The translations under genes were made by a program, and so were the position numbers. Positions 48,067 to 57,566 of a DNA stretch of 64,000 nucleotides are shown here, one piece after another. Below the pieces are notes generated by a model. That model was not told where the DNA came from. It made no database searches and was given only the letters and a program-made list of their open reading frames with translations. The stretch is taken from assembly GCA_040081555.1 (NCBI GenBank), contig JBEBGG010000001.1, forward strand, positions 5,622 through 69,621, given 5' to 3'. Position 1 is the first letter of the stretch; every line of letters begins with the position of its first letter. Source of the DNA: Vicinamibacterales bacterium. GTDB lineage: Bacteria; Acidobacteriota; Vicinamibacteria; Vicinamibacterales; CAVVIG01.

Positions 48067-50747
48067 TCGGCGCCATTCGCCGAAGCGCACGGACCCTGGA
48101 CGGCGTGTGCGCGCTGTTGCTGTGTGAAGGCCTCGCCGTCGGACTCTGGCTCCTGCCAGCGTCTGCCCACATCGTGCAATGGCCGGCGTCTGGGCCGGTG
48201 CGACTGGCGCTGCTGGCGCCGCTCTGGCAGCTGAAGATCGCCGTCACTGTCGGCGCGGCCGTGGCCGGGGCGCTGTGGTGGAGCGGTCTGGCCGTGCGGC
48301 GGTACGCGGCGTTGCTCGTCGTGTGGTTGTGGGCGGTGCCCTACTTGCCGTGGTTACCAGATCGATGGCCGTTGCTGCTGGTCCTTGCCGGACCGCTACG
48401 ATGGATGCTGCTCGGTCTGGCCGCGGCATCCCTGGTTCCCGCGTCTTGGTTCGGCGCTGTGACGTCGAGGCTTTCTCGGTTGACCCGTGCGTCGGTCTTT
48501 GTCATCAGTCTGGTTGTGTTTGCGGCGTGTGGCCTGTCGGCGGCTCACGTCCACGGACTGGTCGGCGACGAGCCCCACTATCTGGTGATCAGCGAGAGCC
48601 TCCTCAAAGATCAGGATCTCCAGATCGAGAACAACCATCAGCGCAAGGACTACGCGTCGTTTTTCGGCGGCGTCCTGCACCCCGACTTCATGCAGCGGGG
48701 CACCAACGGCGAGATCTATTCGATACACGCCCCTGGCCTGCCGGCCATAAGCCTGCCCGCATACGCAGTGTTTGGCTATAGGGGCGTGATCGTCTTCGTG
48801 GCCTTGCTGGCGGCACTCACCGCGCTCGCCATCTTCGATCTCGCGATGACGCTTGCCGGACGGCCGGCGGCGATCTTCACCTGGGTGGTGACGTGCGCGA
48901 CGGCGCCGTTCATTCCCTATGCGTGGTCGATCTTTCCAGAGATGCCTGGCGCCTGGATCGTGGCGTACGGTGCGCGTTGGCTCTGGGAGAGGGAATCCCG
49001 CCCGGCGCGTACCTGGATGCTGCGAAGCGCTGCCTTTGGGCTCTTGCCGTGGGTGCACACGAAGTTTGTGATCTTCGCGGTCGTCTTTGGGCTCGCACTT
49101 GCGCTGCACCTGCTGCGCCGGCCCAAGGCGCTGCTGGCCTTTGCGATCCCGGCGACCCTATCCGCCGTGGCTTGGCTCTATTCGTTCTACGCGATCTACG
49201 GCGTCTGGAATCCCGAGGCGCCATACGGCGCCTATGCCACCGAGTTCGTGCGGATGCAATTCGTGTTTCACGGCCTGGTCGGCATCCTGTTCGATCAGAA
49301 GTTCGGTTTGTTGTTCTACAGTCCGATCTATCTGGCCGCTCCGCTTGGATGTTGGTGGCTCCTGAAGGACCGTGCCTCTCGATTTCCTGCCCTCGTGTTG
49401 CTGATCGCGGTTGTCGCCTATGTCGGCAGCACGGCGCGCCTCTGGATGTTCTGGGGAGGTGCGAGCGCGCCGGCGCGGTTCCTTGTGCCGATCGTGCCGT
49501 GCCTTGCCCCAATGGTGGCGCTGTCCGTTGCTCGTGCACGTCATCCGCTGTGGCGTGGCTGCATCTCGCTCTGGGCCGCGATCGGTGTGGGCATCGCCAT
49601 CCTGTCGGTGATTGAGCCGAGTCGTCTGATTCTCTATAGCGTGCCGCACGGTCGGGCGCGGATTCTTGAGATGTTGCAGGCCGGCTCGCCCCTCGCGCTA
49701 TCGGTGCCGACATTCACCGATCCTGACTGGGCGCAGTTTCTCCCTTCGCTTGGGTGGTGGCTGGTGCTGGCCGTCCTGTCGACGGGAATCGTGGTCCTGG
49801 TCGCTCGTCGCGTCGCGCTCACGGCCTGGCGGACGACGGCTCTTGTCGTGGGCCTCTTTGCGCTCGGTGGTGCGGTGCTGACATCGCATCCAGAGGCGTC
49901 TGTTCGTCGAGAGACGGCTCAGCGTGGTGCGCTGGAGTTGCTCGAACGATTCGATGGCCCCCGGCATCGTGTCGCCAACTACCGTACGCTCGCGTTGGCA
50001 TCGCCAGAGGCGATGCGTCTACTGACCACGGTATCGATGACGCCGGAGAACCCGGTACCAGAAGACGGCACGCTCCTTGGTCCACTCACCGTTGCGCCAG
50101 GGCGATACGAGGCCCGGATCTGGTTTGGCGGCAGCGGCCAACATCGTGGGGAAGTGTCTGTTGGAGCGCTGGGCCAGGCGACCTTCGCGACGGTGGACGG
50201 TGTCCTCTCGAACCCGACGACGATGGCCTTCGATCTTCCCATCACCGTTGGCCGTCTGATCGTGCGGTCGTCACACGCAGACGTGGCCGCGGCAGTGTCG
50301 AGGGTGGAGATCGTACCGGTCTCGGTTGTGCCAGCCAGTGAGCGCGATCCGTCGCCTGTCTATGCGGTTGAATCGTTGCCGGCGCGCCCAGGCGCACTCA
50401 TTGCCTACGTGGATGAATGGTCGTACCCCGAGCACGGCACGTTCTGGACGCGTGGGACAGCCCGCGCCAGGATCCTGGTGGCCCCGGCTGGCGCGGCGAA
50501 CATGACGATGTTTGTATCCGCAGGGCCGAACACGAGTCGCGTGACCTGGCGAATTGGTCTCGACGCGCCGCAGACCGTGACCGTGCCTGCCGGGGAAGAG
50601 ATCTCGCTGGTTGTACCTCTGGTGACAACGGCGACGCTTGTGGCGATTGAGCTGCAGTCGAGCACCGAGTTTCGTCCGGGGGAAGTGGATGTGGCCTCGA
50701 CGGATATGCGTCGGTTGGGATGCCGGGTGCGGATCGAGTTCGAGTAG
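48063..50747 (+). CDS. Large ArnT/PMT_2-like GT-C membrane glycosyltransferase with a ~300-aa C-terminal periplasmic domain
   Basis: The GTG start overlaps the preceding stop (GTGA). First-loop motif VGDEPHYLVISESLLKDQDLQIENN. More than 12 TM helices. Confidence 0.68.
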   Translation: MIGAIRRSARTLDGVCALLLCEGLAVGLWLLPASAHIVQWPASGPVRLALLAPLWQLKIAVTVGAAVAGALWWSGLAVRRYAALLVVWLWAVPYLPWLPDRWPLLLVLAGPLRWMLLGLAAASLVPASWFGAVTSRLSRLTRASVFVISLVVFAACGLSAAHVHGLVGDEPHYLVISESLLKDQDLQIENNHQRKDYASFFGGVLHPDFMQRGTNGEIYSIHAPGLPAISLPAYAVFGYRGVIVFVALLAALTALAIFDLAMTLAGRPAAIFTWVVTCATAPFIPYAWSIFPEMPGAWIVAYGARWLWERESRPARTWMLRSAAFGLLPWVHTKFVIFAVVFGLALALHLLRRPKALLAFAIPATLSAVAWLYSFYAIYGVWNPEAPYGAYATEFVRMQFVFHGLVGILFDQKFGLLFYSPIYLAAPLGCWWLLKDRASRFPALVLLIAVVAYVGSTARLWMFWGGASAPARFLVPIVPCLAPMVALSVARARHPLWRGCISLWAAIGVGIAILSVIEPSRLILYSVPHGRARILEMLQAGSPLALSVPTFTDPDWAQFLPSLGWWLVLAVLSTGIVVLVARRVALTAWRTTALVVGLFALGGAVLTSHPEASVRRETAQRGALELLERFDGPRHRVANYRTLALASPEAMRLLTTVSMTPENPVPEDGTLLGPLTVAPGRYEARIWFGGSGQHRGEVSVGALGQATFATVDGVLSNPTTMAFDLPITVGRLIVRSSHADVAAAVSRVEIVPVSVVPASERDPSPVYAVESLPARPGALIAYVDEWSYPEHGTFWTRGTARARILVAPAGAANMTMFVSAGPNTSRVTWRIGLDAPQTVTVPAGEEISLVVPLVTTATLVAIELQSSTEFRPGEVDVASTDMRRLGCRVRIEFE

Positions 50748-50760
50748 CGCGGCGGGCTGC

Positions 50761-50774
50761 ACTCATTAATGAGT
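50761..50774. promoter_or_regulatory. Perfect 14-bp palindrome ACTCATTAATGAGT in an AT-rich intergenic region. Candidate operator.
   Basis: Read directly. It lies 67 nt upstream of the ATG at 50841 of a putative ribbon-helix-helix protein. Confidence 0.45.
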
Positions 50775-50840
50775 AATAAATGCCGGAATGGCAATTTCTG
50801 ATTGAAAACTACCGTTGCGGCGTTGTCTAATGGTCACTCC

Positions 50841-51410
50841 ATGAGCGAGGCGCGCACTCGGTCGACCCCGGGCCTGCCACACCGACGCGGTCGGCCGCAG
50901 AAGTTTGGCCGTCCCGGCCACGTCGTGTCAGTGACACTTCCAGAAGATGCGTTGGAGTCCTTGAGCCGTGTCGACCCGGACACCGGCTGGGCCATTGTCA
51001 AACTCCTCGAGCGCGCTCCTCGGGGGGGCCGCAAGGAGGTCCTTCCGCGCGATGTCGAGCTGGCGCGAATTTCGGGACGGCGTTCACTCATTGTGGTCAG
51101 TCGCGCAGCCTTCAGAAACCTGCAGGGCGTGAGCCTTGTCCCGATCGACGAGCGGCGGGCGTTTGTGGCGCTCGAAGTCGGTCGTGGGATGGGCGATCTG
51201 GAATTGGCGGTGATTGACGGGCTCTCGGACGGACGGGTCCTTCCGCAAGAGCGCAAGGCGCTCGAGGGCCTGCGCAGACAGCTCGCTGCCTGGCGTCGCG
51301 ACCGGCGTCTGGTGTTTCACACGCGGTCGATTATCGTGGTCGAGGAAGAGGGCCCGGCCCGTCGTCCACCACGCCGTGGGGCGCGAGAGACCTCTGTGGC
51401 AGCCTCTTAG
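50841..51410 (+). CDS. Hypothetical protein with a possible N-terminal ribbon-helix-helix DNA-binding motif
   Basis: RRGRPQKFGRPGHVVSVTLPEDALESLSRV resembles RHH (CopG/Arc-type) N termini. The rest is unrecognised. Confidence 0.5.
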   Translation: MSEARTRSTPGLPHRRGRPQKFGRPGHVVSVTLPEDALESLSRVDPDTGWAIVKLLERAPRGGRKEVLPRDVELARISGRRSLIVVSRAAFRNLQGVSLVPIDERRAFVALEVGRGMGDLELAVIDGLSDGRVLPQERKALEGLRRQLAAWRRDRRLVFHTRSIIVVEEEGPARRPPRRGARETSVAAS

Positions 51411-51478
51411 CGTAGGCCCGACTGTTGTTTGCCCGCTCGCGTCGTCAAGGACGACTGGTTCTCAGAATGTACATGTCA

Positions 51479-52678
51479 ATGCATAGACGGTTTTCGACAC
51501 TCGTGATTGCTGGGGCGGTGGTTGGTGTGACGACGGGTTGTACCACGTCGGCGGTGCAACCGTCCGGGAAGATCTCCGTAGCAGCGCCGAGCGGTGTTCT
51601 GCCGGCCCAGAATGCGACCCTCCGGTTCATCGATCAGCCGATCACGCTGTCGATCAACAACGGCGTGGTGGCGGAGCCCAGCGCGACGACCTATACGTTC
51701 GAGGTGTCGACCGACGTGAGCTTCTCCAACAAGGTTCAGACAAAGAGCGGCATTGCTCAGTCGGCCGGCAGTGTGACAAGCGTCAAGCTCGATCCCCTGG
51801 CCGGCAGCACGGATTACTACTGGCATGCGCGAACCGAGGCTGGGGGCACCGTCGGGGTGTTTAGTCCGACATTTGCCTTCAAGGTCGGACCGCCAATCAG
51901 TGTGAGTGCCGTCACGCTGGTCTCGCCAGCCGCTGCGGCTGAGACCGGATCTCTGGTGACGTTTGTCGTCAATAACGCACAGCGCACTGGTCCGGCCGGC
52001 CCAATCACGTATCGTCTCGAGGTCTCGACATCGCCGACCTTTGGCTCGCTGGTGTTTGATCAAACAGTGGCAGAGGGGGGCGGCGGCCGCACCAGCTTTT
52101 TGTCTGACGAACTGCCGGCTGAGACCAACCTCTACTGGCGGGTAACGCCGAGGGACGACGCCAACGACATTACCGGCCAACCGAGTGCCACCTCGCAGCT
52201 GTTCACCAAGTTTGCGATCGACCTGACGAAGGTGGTGTACCTCAAGGCCCCGAACATCTCCGGTTGGAAGCGCACGGGATTTCTCTTTCCGGTCGAGCAG
52301 GACGGAGCCACGGGTGATATGTGCACCAGGTTTACCGATCCGGGCTGGCCAGATGTGATCTTTCCGTACCTCGGGCCCGACGACGATCCAAACTTTGGCG
52401 TCTACGCCAACCAGTGGTATTTCGCAAAGATCGGCGGCACGTGGTACGGCGGTGCAGGCGAGTGGATCTACCGCGCGGCTCTCAGCGTCTGCAAGGGCGG
52501 ACAGCTCACCGACCACATCGGCCCGGACTCCGGTTTTGGTGAACCGTTCAAGTCATGGCGACCCACTGTTGGCGAACTGGTGGGCTACGCCATTACGTCG
52601 ATCGCGCGCAACGGTTATCGGTCGGTGGATCAGCGCACGCAGGTACTGGTGCAGCCGTGGCACGACAGCTCGCGCTAA
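51479..52678 (+). CDS. Probable lipoprotein with two FN3/Ig-like repeats and an unrecognised ~180-aa C-terminal domain
   Basis: Signal peptide plus VTTGC. Repeats carry TYTFEVSTDVSF...TDYYWHAR and ITYRLEVSTSPTF...TNLYWRV. Confidence 0.68.
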   Translation: MHRRFSTLVIAGAVVGVTTGCTTSAVQPSGKISVAAPSGVLPAQNATLRFIDQPITLSINNGVVAEPSATTYTFEVSTDVSFSNKVQTKSGIAQSAGSVTSVKLDPLAGSTDYYWHARTEAGGTVGVFSPTFAFKVGPPISVSAVTLVSPAAAAETGSLVTFVVNNAQRTGPAGPITYRLEVSTSPTFGSLVFDQTVAEGGGGRTSFLSDELPAETNLYWRVTPRDDANDITGQPSATSQLFTKFAIDLTKVVYLKAPNISGWKRTGFLFPVEQDGATGDMCTRFTDPGWPDVIFPYLGPDDDPNFGVYANQWYFAKIGGTWYGGAGEWIYRAALSVCKGGQLTDHIGPDSGFGEPFKSWRPTVGELVGYAITSIARNGYRSVDQRTQVLVQPWHDSSR

Positions 52679-52758
52679 CCTGGGTGTTTCGGTCCACGCC
52701 GGAATCTCACCCGCTTGGGAGCACCGCCTCCAGGCGGTCAACGCAGAGGGACGAGTAG

Positions 52759-53406
52759 ATGAGATTGTGTGTCGCGGGAGTACTGGGGATCTTGGGGCTC
52801 TCGAGCGTCGCGTCGGCGCAACCGGCAACGACGGACGCGAGAGGCTACGTGGCCGTTGTGGCGCAGTCGGCAGTTGGCGACGTCACCAGCCAGTCGTTCG
52901 GGCTTGAGGGCGGCTGGTACCGGACGCCGAACTTGGCGATCTTCGTGGAGCTGGGTGCCGTTCGAGATACCGCGCCAGCGACCATCGGGCCGGCAGCCCA
53001 GCTCATCGCCGGGCATCTGGCACGGAATCAATCTGCACCCGTCAGCTATTCGGTGAAGCAGCCGGTCGGATTTATCAGCGGCGGTGTGAGATATGAGCGT
53101 GGCGGGCAGCGCAAGATTCGCCCGTACGTGCTTGGGGCAGTTGGTGTCGCGAGAGTGACGCGCGATGTCACCTTTGCCCTGGGCGGTAAGGACGTGACCG
53201 GAGCATTGGCGACCTACGGCGTGGTGCTCGGCACGGACCTCGCAGGGTCGACCTCGAATCCGATGGTCACCTTTGGGGGCGGCGCGGCGTGGAAACCCCG
53301 GGGGGCCTGGGTATTCGACGCCGGCTACCGCTTCTCTCGGATCATCATCGACACGGCCAGCACCAGCCTGAGTCGGATCGGTCTCGGCATCGGCTACACG
53401 TTCTAA
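52759..53406 (+). CDS. Small outer-membrane beta-barrel protein
   Basis: Signal peptide ending SVASAQP, amphipathic strands, and C-terminal GLGIGYTF. Confidence 0.78.
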   Translation: MRLCVAGVLGILGLSSVASAQPATTDARGYVAVVAQSAVGDVTSQSFGLEGGWYRTPNLAIFVELGAVRDTAPATIGPAAQLIAGHLARNQSAPVSYSVKQPVGFISGGVRYERGGQRKIRPYVLGAVGVARVTRDVTFALGGKDVTGALATYGVVLGTDLAGSTSNPMVTFGGGAAWKPRGAWVFDAGYRFSRIIIDTASTSLSRIGLGIGYTF

Positions 53407-53519
53407 GGGCTGCCTCCTGCTGGGCGACCTAGCCCATCGACAGGTGCCGTGCATCATCGATACTCTTGGCTCTGGTGAAGCTCTTTCCGCTCGGCCTGTC
53501 GCCGTCTCTGAGCCCGCGT

Positions 53520-54569
53520 ATGCGGCATGGCGGGATCGTGGTGCTGTTGTCGGCACTCTCCGTCACCAAATGCGGCGATTCGCCTGTGACACCCACGCCA
53601 CCGCCGACCGACCCGCCGGCGATTTCGTGTCCCGCTTCGCAGCAGGTCTCAACGCTTCTCGGACAGCCGGTGTCGGTCGTCTATGGGACTCCGACCGTCG
53701 TCGGAGGGACGACCCCGGTGGCCGTCTCGTGTGTTCCGTCGAGCGGATCGACGTTCCCGATCGGCGCTACGTCGGTCACGTGCACGGCCACTGACGCGAA
53801 ACAGCGGGCCTCGTCCTGCTCCCTGACCGTCACCGTGACGGCGCCTGCTCAACTCAGCCTGACGCGATTTGCGGCCTTTGGCGACAGCATCACACTGGGG
53901 GAAGACGGCACGGCCGCGGTGACCGCATCCGTGGGTGGCAAGCTGATCTTTGGCGAGCATATCGTGCTCACCGGGCTCGAGTATCCGTCGGACTTGCAGT
54001 TGGCTCTGCGGTCTCGGTATCCGACGCAAGCCTGTGTGACTTTCGTTCAGAATCTGGGCAGGGGCGGTGAGCAGGTGGGTGTGCCCCCCGGTGATCCAGA
54101 TGGCGGTCTGGCGCGCTTTTCGGCCACGGTTCTTGGAGGTGGTTACCAGGCGGTGCTGATCATGGAGGGAAGTAATGACGCCTACTGGGCGTTCTTCAAT
54201 GGCCCTGGGAATCTACCGCTCGTCACCACCAACCTGCGGACGATGATTACGCAAGCGAAAGCCGCAGGCATCCGTCCGTATCTGGCCACCTTGCCCCCGG
54301 CCCTTCTGCAGTCGGCGTGCATCCCGTCGTGCCGTGGCTATGGCGAAGCGTTTATTCCCGGACTGAACTCGCAGATCCGGAATCTCGCGCAGACTGAGGG
54401 CGTGACGCTGGTCGACGTGAGCCAGGCGTTCGGCGGCGACCTGACGTTGTTGTCGACCGACGGTTTGCACCCCAATGCCGCCGGTTTTCAGCGCATCGCC
54501 GACACGTTCCTGGCAGCGATTCGTTCGACGCTCGAACGCTCAACGCCGGGTCCCTCCGCCTGCAGCTAG
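53520..54569 (+). CDS. Exported HYR-domain + SGNH/GDSL hydrolase
   Basis: HYR-like ISCPASQQV...VSCVPSSGSTFPIGATSVTCTATD...CSLTVTV, then FGDSIT (block I), MEGSNDA (block III) and DGLHPN (block V). The Cys after the hydrophobic N terminus (VTKC) is a non-canonical lipobox. Confidence 0.82.
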   Translation: MRHGGIVVLLSALSVTKCGDSPVTPTPPPTDPPAISCPASQQVSTLLGQPVSVVYGTPTVVGGTTPVAVSCVPSSGSTFPIGATSVTCTATDAKQRASSCSLTVTVTAPAQLSLTRFAAFGDSITLGEDGTAAVTASVGGKLIFGEHIVLTGLEYPSDLQLALRSRYPTQACVTFVQNLGRGGEQVGVPPGDPDGGLARFSATVLGGGYQAVLIMEGSNDAYWAFFNGPGNLPLVTTNLRTMITQAKAAGIRPYLATLPPALLQSACIPSCRGYGEAFIPGLNSQIRNLAQTEGVTLVDVSQAFGGDLTLLSTDGLHPNAAGFQRIADTFLAAIRSTLERSTPGPSACS

Positions 54570-54578
54570 CCGGCGGCC

Positions 54579-55907
54579 TCACTGTGGTGGGTCAGCGGCA
54601 CCGTGTCGTCTCGACGTACCTGCGAGTCTGATGAGGATGGCACCAACGGTGCCGGCCACGACCGACCCCGCCAGAATGCCGACCTTCGCGGAATCAAGCA
54701 GCGGCGTGCCCTGAAACGCCAGCGTCCCTATGAAGAGGGACATCGTGAATCCGATGCCACCGAGCCACGCACAGCCGTGCAGGGCCTGCCAGGTGACACC
54801 TTGAGGAAGCGCGCCGATGCGTGCCCGGACCGCTCCGTAGGCGGCCAACGTAATGCCCAGAGGTTTGCCGACGATCAGCCCGAGCATCACCGCCATCGTC
54901 ACGCCGCTTGGGGATGAGCCACCGAGCAGGACACCGGCGTTCGACAGAGCAAACAGCGGCATCACGACGAACCCCGAAAATCTCTGCAGGGCGTGCTCGA
55001 GCCCGAGCAGAGGCGCGGTCACGCTTTCGCTCGCCCGCTCGAGGCCAATGATGGCTTCCTGTTGTCCCTTACTTGTCAGGACCAGGAGATCGCCCGTTTC
55101 TGTTCGGTCGAATTCGTCCAGCAGCATTCTGGCCCGCGCCGAGTATTGGGCGGCATTGATGCGCGTGCGTGTCGGAATGGTGAATGCGAGCACGACCCCC
55201 GCAATTGTTGCGTGGATGCCTGATTGGTGGACGAAGAACCACAGCAGGGCGCCGAGAACGAGGTACGGCGTCAGCCTGCGAACGCCGAGCGCGTTTAGTG
55301 AAATCAGCACACCGACAATGGCCGCCGCAAACACGAGCGCTTGCCACACGATTGTTGAGGTGTAGAAGAGAGCGATCACGGCGACGGCTCCCATGTCGTC
55401 GACAATGGCGAGGGCCGCCAGGAACACCTTGAGCCCTGCCGGTGCCCCAGGTGCGACCAATGCGAGGACGCCCAGCGCGAAGGCGATATCAGTGGCCATG
55501 GGAATGGCCCAGCCGTCCGCTGCCTGGCCGCCACCACTGGCCAGCGCGTAGACGAGTGCAGGCACAACCATCCCTCCGATGGCGCCCGCGATCGGCAGGG
55601 CGGCCTGGCGCGGGGACGCCAGCTCTCCCGCGACTGCCTCGCGTTTGATCTCCAGACCGACCAACAGGAAGAAGATCGCCATCAGCCCGTCGTTGATCCA
55701 CTGGTGCGCGGTTAGCGACAGTCCGTGTCCATTTGCAGACACCGCAAGGGGCATGGCCAGCAGGTGGTGATACGCCTCGGCCCAAGGGGAGTTGGCGACC
55801 ACGAGAGCGAGCGCTGCGCACGCCACCAACAACGCGCCGCCGGCAGCTTCAGTGCGAAAGAACTCCTGGAACGCGCTCGTCGAATTGGTGTCTCGGGCGT
55901 CAATCAT
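54579..55907 (-). CDS. nhaA: Na+/H+ antiporter NhaA
   Basis: Full-length NhaA-like sequence, including FFLLVGLEIKRE and ALAIVDDMGAV. Confidence 0.94.
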   Translation of the reverse strand: MIDARDTNSTSAFQEFFRTEAAGGALLVACAALALVVANSPWAEAYHHLLAMPLAVSANGHGLSLTAHQWINDGLMAIFFLLVGLEIKREAVAGELASPRQAALPIAGAIGGMVVPALVYALASGGGQAADGWAIPMATDIAFALGVLALVAPGAPAGLKVFLAALAIVDDMGAVAVIALFYTSTIVWQALVFAAAIVGVLISLNALGVRRLTPYLVLGALLWFFVHQSGIHATIAGVVLAFTIPTRTRINAAQYSARARMLLDEFDRTETGDLLVLTSKGQQEAIIGLERASESVTAPLLGLEHALQRFSGFVVMPLFALSNAGVLLGGSSPSGVTMAVMLGLIVGKPLGITLAAYGAVRARIGALPQGVTWQALHGCAWLGGIGFTMSLFIGTLAFQGTPLLDSAKVGILAGSVVAGTVGAILIRLAGTSRRHGAADPPQ

Positions 55908-55913
55908 CAGCGT

Positions 55914-57566
55914 TTACGGGAGCACGTTCCCCTCGCGCGCGGGCTCAGTCGAGCCCACGATCTCATAGAGCAGAAAATCAGGGGCCCGGTAGAGCTCCTT
56001 CAGGGCCGGCGCAAATTGGTCGAGGCGGTCGAACAGGGACTGACGCATGGCCGGGTCGTCGTATGCGTCGAGGTGAATCACGGCGTAGCGCACCGAATCG
56101 CGCCGCAGGTCCTGTAGCGAGTCGGCGCTGGGAAAGTCGGCCAGGATGACCGACCGCGCTTCGAATTCCTCAGGGATCGAGTCGCTGTAGGCATCAACGA
56201 GCGGCATCCAGTGCGTCGTCGAATCCATCATGTAACGCGAGCGGCGGAAGCCGAGTCGTCTCGAGTAGATGGGCAACTCGAGCACTGGACCTCGGGGCAT
56301 GGTGGCGAGAACGTGGTAGCCGCTGTGCGGGAGCAGGGCCGGTTCGAATGTGATGCTGATCCACGATTCGGCGAGGGCCGCCGTCAAGAGTACGGCGCCG
56401 ACCACCAGGGGCCGTCGACTTCGGGCGCGCAGGTGTGCGATCCCCAGCGATGCGAGGACGGAGAGCCCGAAGATGACGATCAGACCAAAGCGAACCGGGG
56501 CCCGCATCACTGAAAACAGCGGAATCGTCTGGTAGAGAAGCGGGTACAGGCCCGCATCTGGTCCGAAGGAGGCCCAGGCACCGAGCACGACCATCGCCAG
56601 ATAGACGATGACCGTTTCCCGTGGCCGCCCTTGCGACCGCCAGCCGGAGGCAACGCCAATGGCACCGGCGCCGATCGTGAGAAATCCTGGAAAGAGCACC
56701 TCTTTCCAGTGGCCAAGATAGGGGAGCATCCAGGCGTGAAGCATGTGCCCCGACGCGAGATAGGCCCTCCAATCCGCTGAGTACTGCCGTGCCGCGTCCA
56801 ACGGGCGCTCGTAGCCGTTGTCGCGGAGGACGAAATAGCCAAGGGCTGTAGGTAGGCTTGCCACGACGGCCACGACTGCGCCGGTCGCGAGCATGAGCCA
56901 GAACTGCCGTGTGGTCCAGAGCGAACGGATGGAGGCGACCGCCATCACCGCTGTGCCGATCATCAGCACGACGAAGACCGAATAGTAGGCACAGGCCAGC
57001 GACTGAAATCCCATGGCGAGGCCAAGAACCGCGCCGCGGGCAGCCGTCGGCTGTTGAACGGCGCGATGGAAGGCCAGGAGGCTCAACGGCAGACCGGCGG
57101 TCATCAGGAGTTGGATGTGCAGGAGGTGCGCAAATGCGAACGGGCAGAAACCGAAGATGATCGCGCCGATGATCGACGCCGTGCGATCGCCCGTGAGATG
57201 GCGGCACAAGTAGTACATGCTGCTGCTGCCGAGCACGAACGACGCCAGGACGGCGAAGTTGAGCGCGGCATACGCGCTATGGGTTGCCCAGTAGGCTGGT
57301 ACTGCGATCGCTCCGGCTGCCAGATTCATCTCCGAGTAGGCCAACGCCCACCGATGAGGATGGAAAATATTGGCGTCGAAGAGTTGGCGGGGCTCAGCGA
57401 TCAGTGTGCGTGCGACCCAGGCGACGTTCCACACCGAAAACTGCCCGTCGCCATTTTCCACGTTGTACGCCAGCGTCGACAGACGGAACGAGAGTGGAAA
57501 GAAGATGGCGGCGGTAAGTGCCGAGAAACCCGAGACGACGAGGCCAAGCTCGCGCAGTGGCCTCAT
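55914..57566 (-). CDS. Polytopic membrane protein, possible GT-C-type glycosyltransferase
   Basis: About 12 TM helices, first loop NGDGQFSVWNVAWVART...LFDANIFHP, and a C-terminal soluble domain. The ATG overlaps the upstream methyltransferase stop (ATGA). Family tentative. Confidence 0.55.
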   Translation of the reverse strand: MRPLRELGLVVSGFSALTAAIFFPLSFRLSTLAYNVENGDGQFSVWNVAWVARTLIAEPRQLFDANIFHPHRWALAYSEMNLAAGAIAVPAYWATHSAYAALNFAVLASFVLGSSSMYYLCRHLTGDRTASIIGAIIFGFCPFAFAHLLHIQLLMTAGLPLSLLAFHRAVQQPTAARGAVLGLAMGFQSLACAYYSVFVVLMIGTAVMAVASIRSLWTTRQFWLMLATGAVVAVVASLPTALGYFVLRDNGYERPLDAARQYSADWRAYLASGHMLHAWMLPYLGHWKEVLFPGFLTIGAGAIGVASGWRSQGRPRETVIVYLAMVVLGAWASFGPDAGLYPLLYQTIPLFSVMRAPVRFGLIVIFGLSVLASLGIAHLRARSRRPLVVGAVLLTAALAESWISITFEPALLPHSGYHVLATMPRGPVLELPIYSRRLGFRRSRYMMDSTTHWMPLVDAYSDSIPEEFEARSVILADFPSADSLQDLRRDSVRYAVIHLDAYDDPAMRQSLFDRLDQFAPALKELYRAPDFLLYEIVGSTEPAREGNVLP

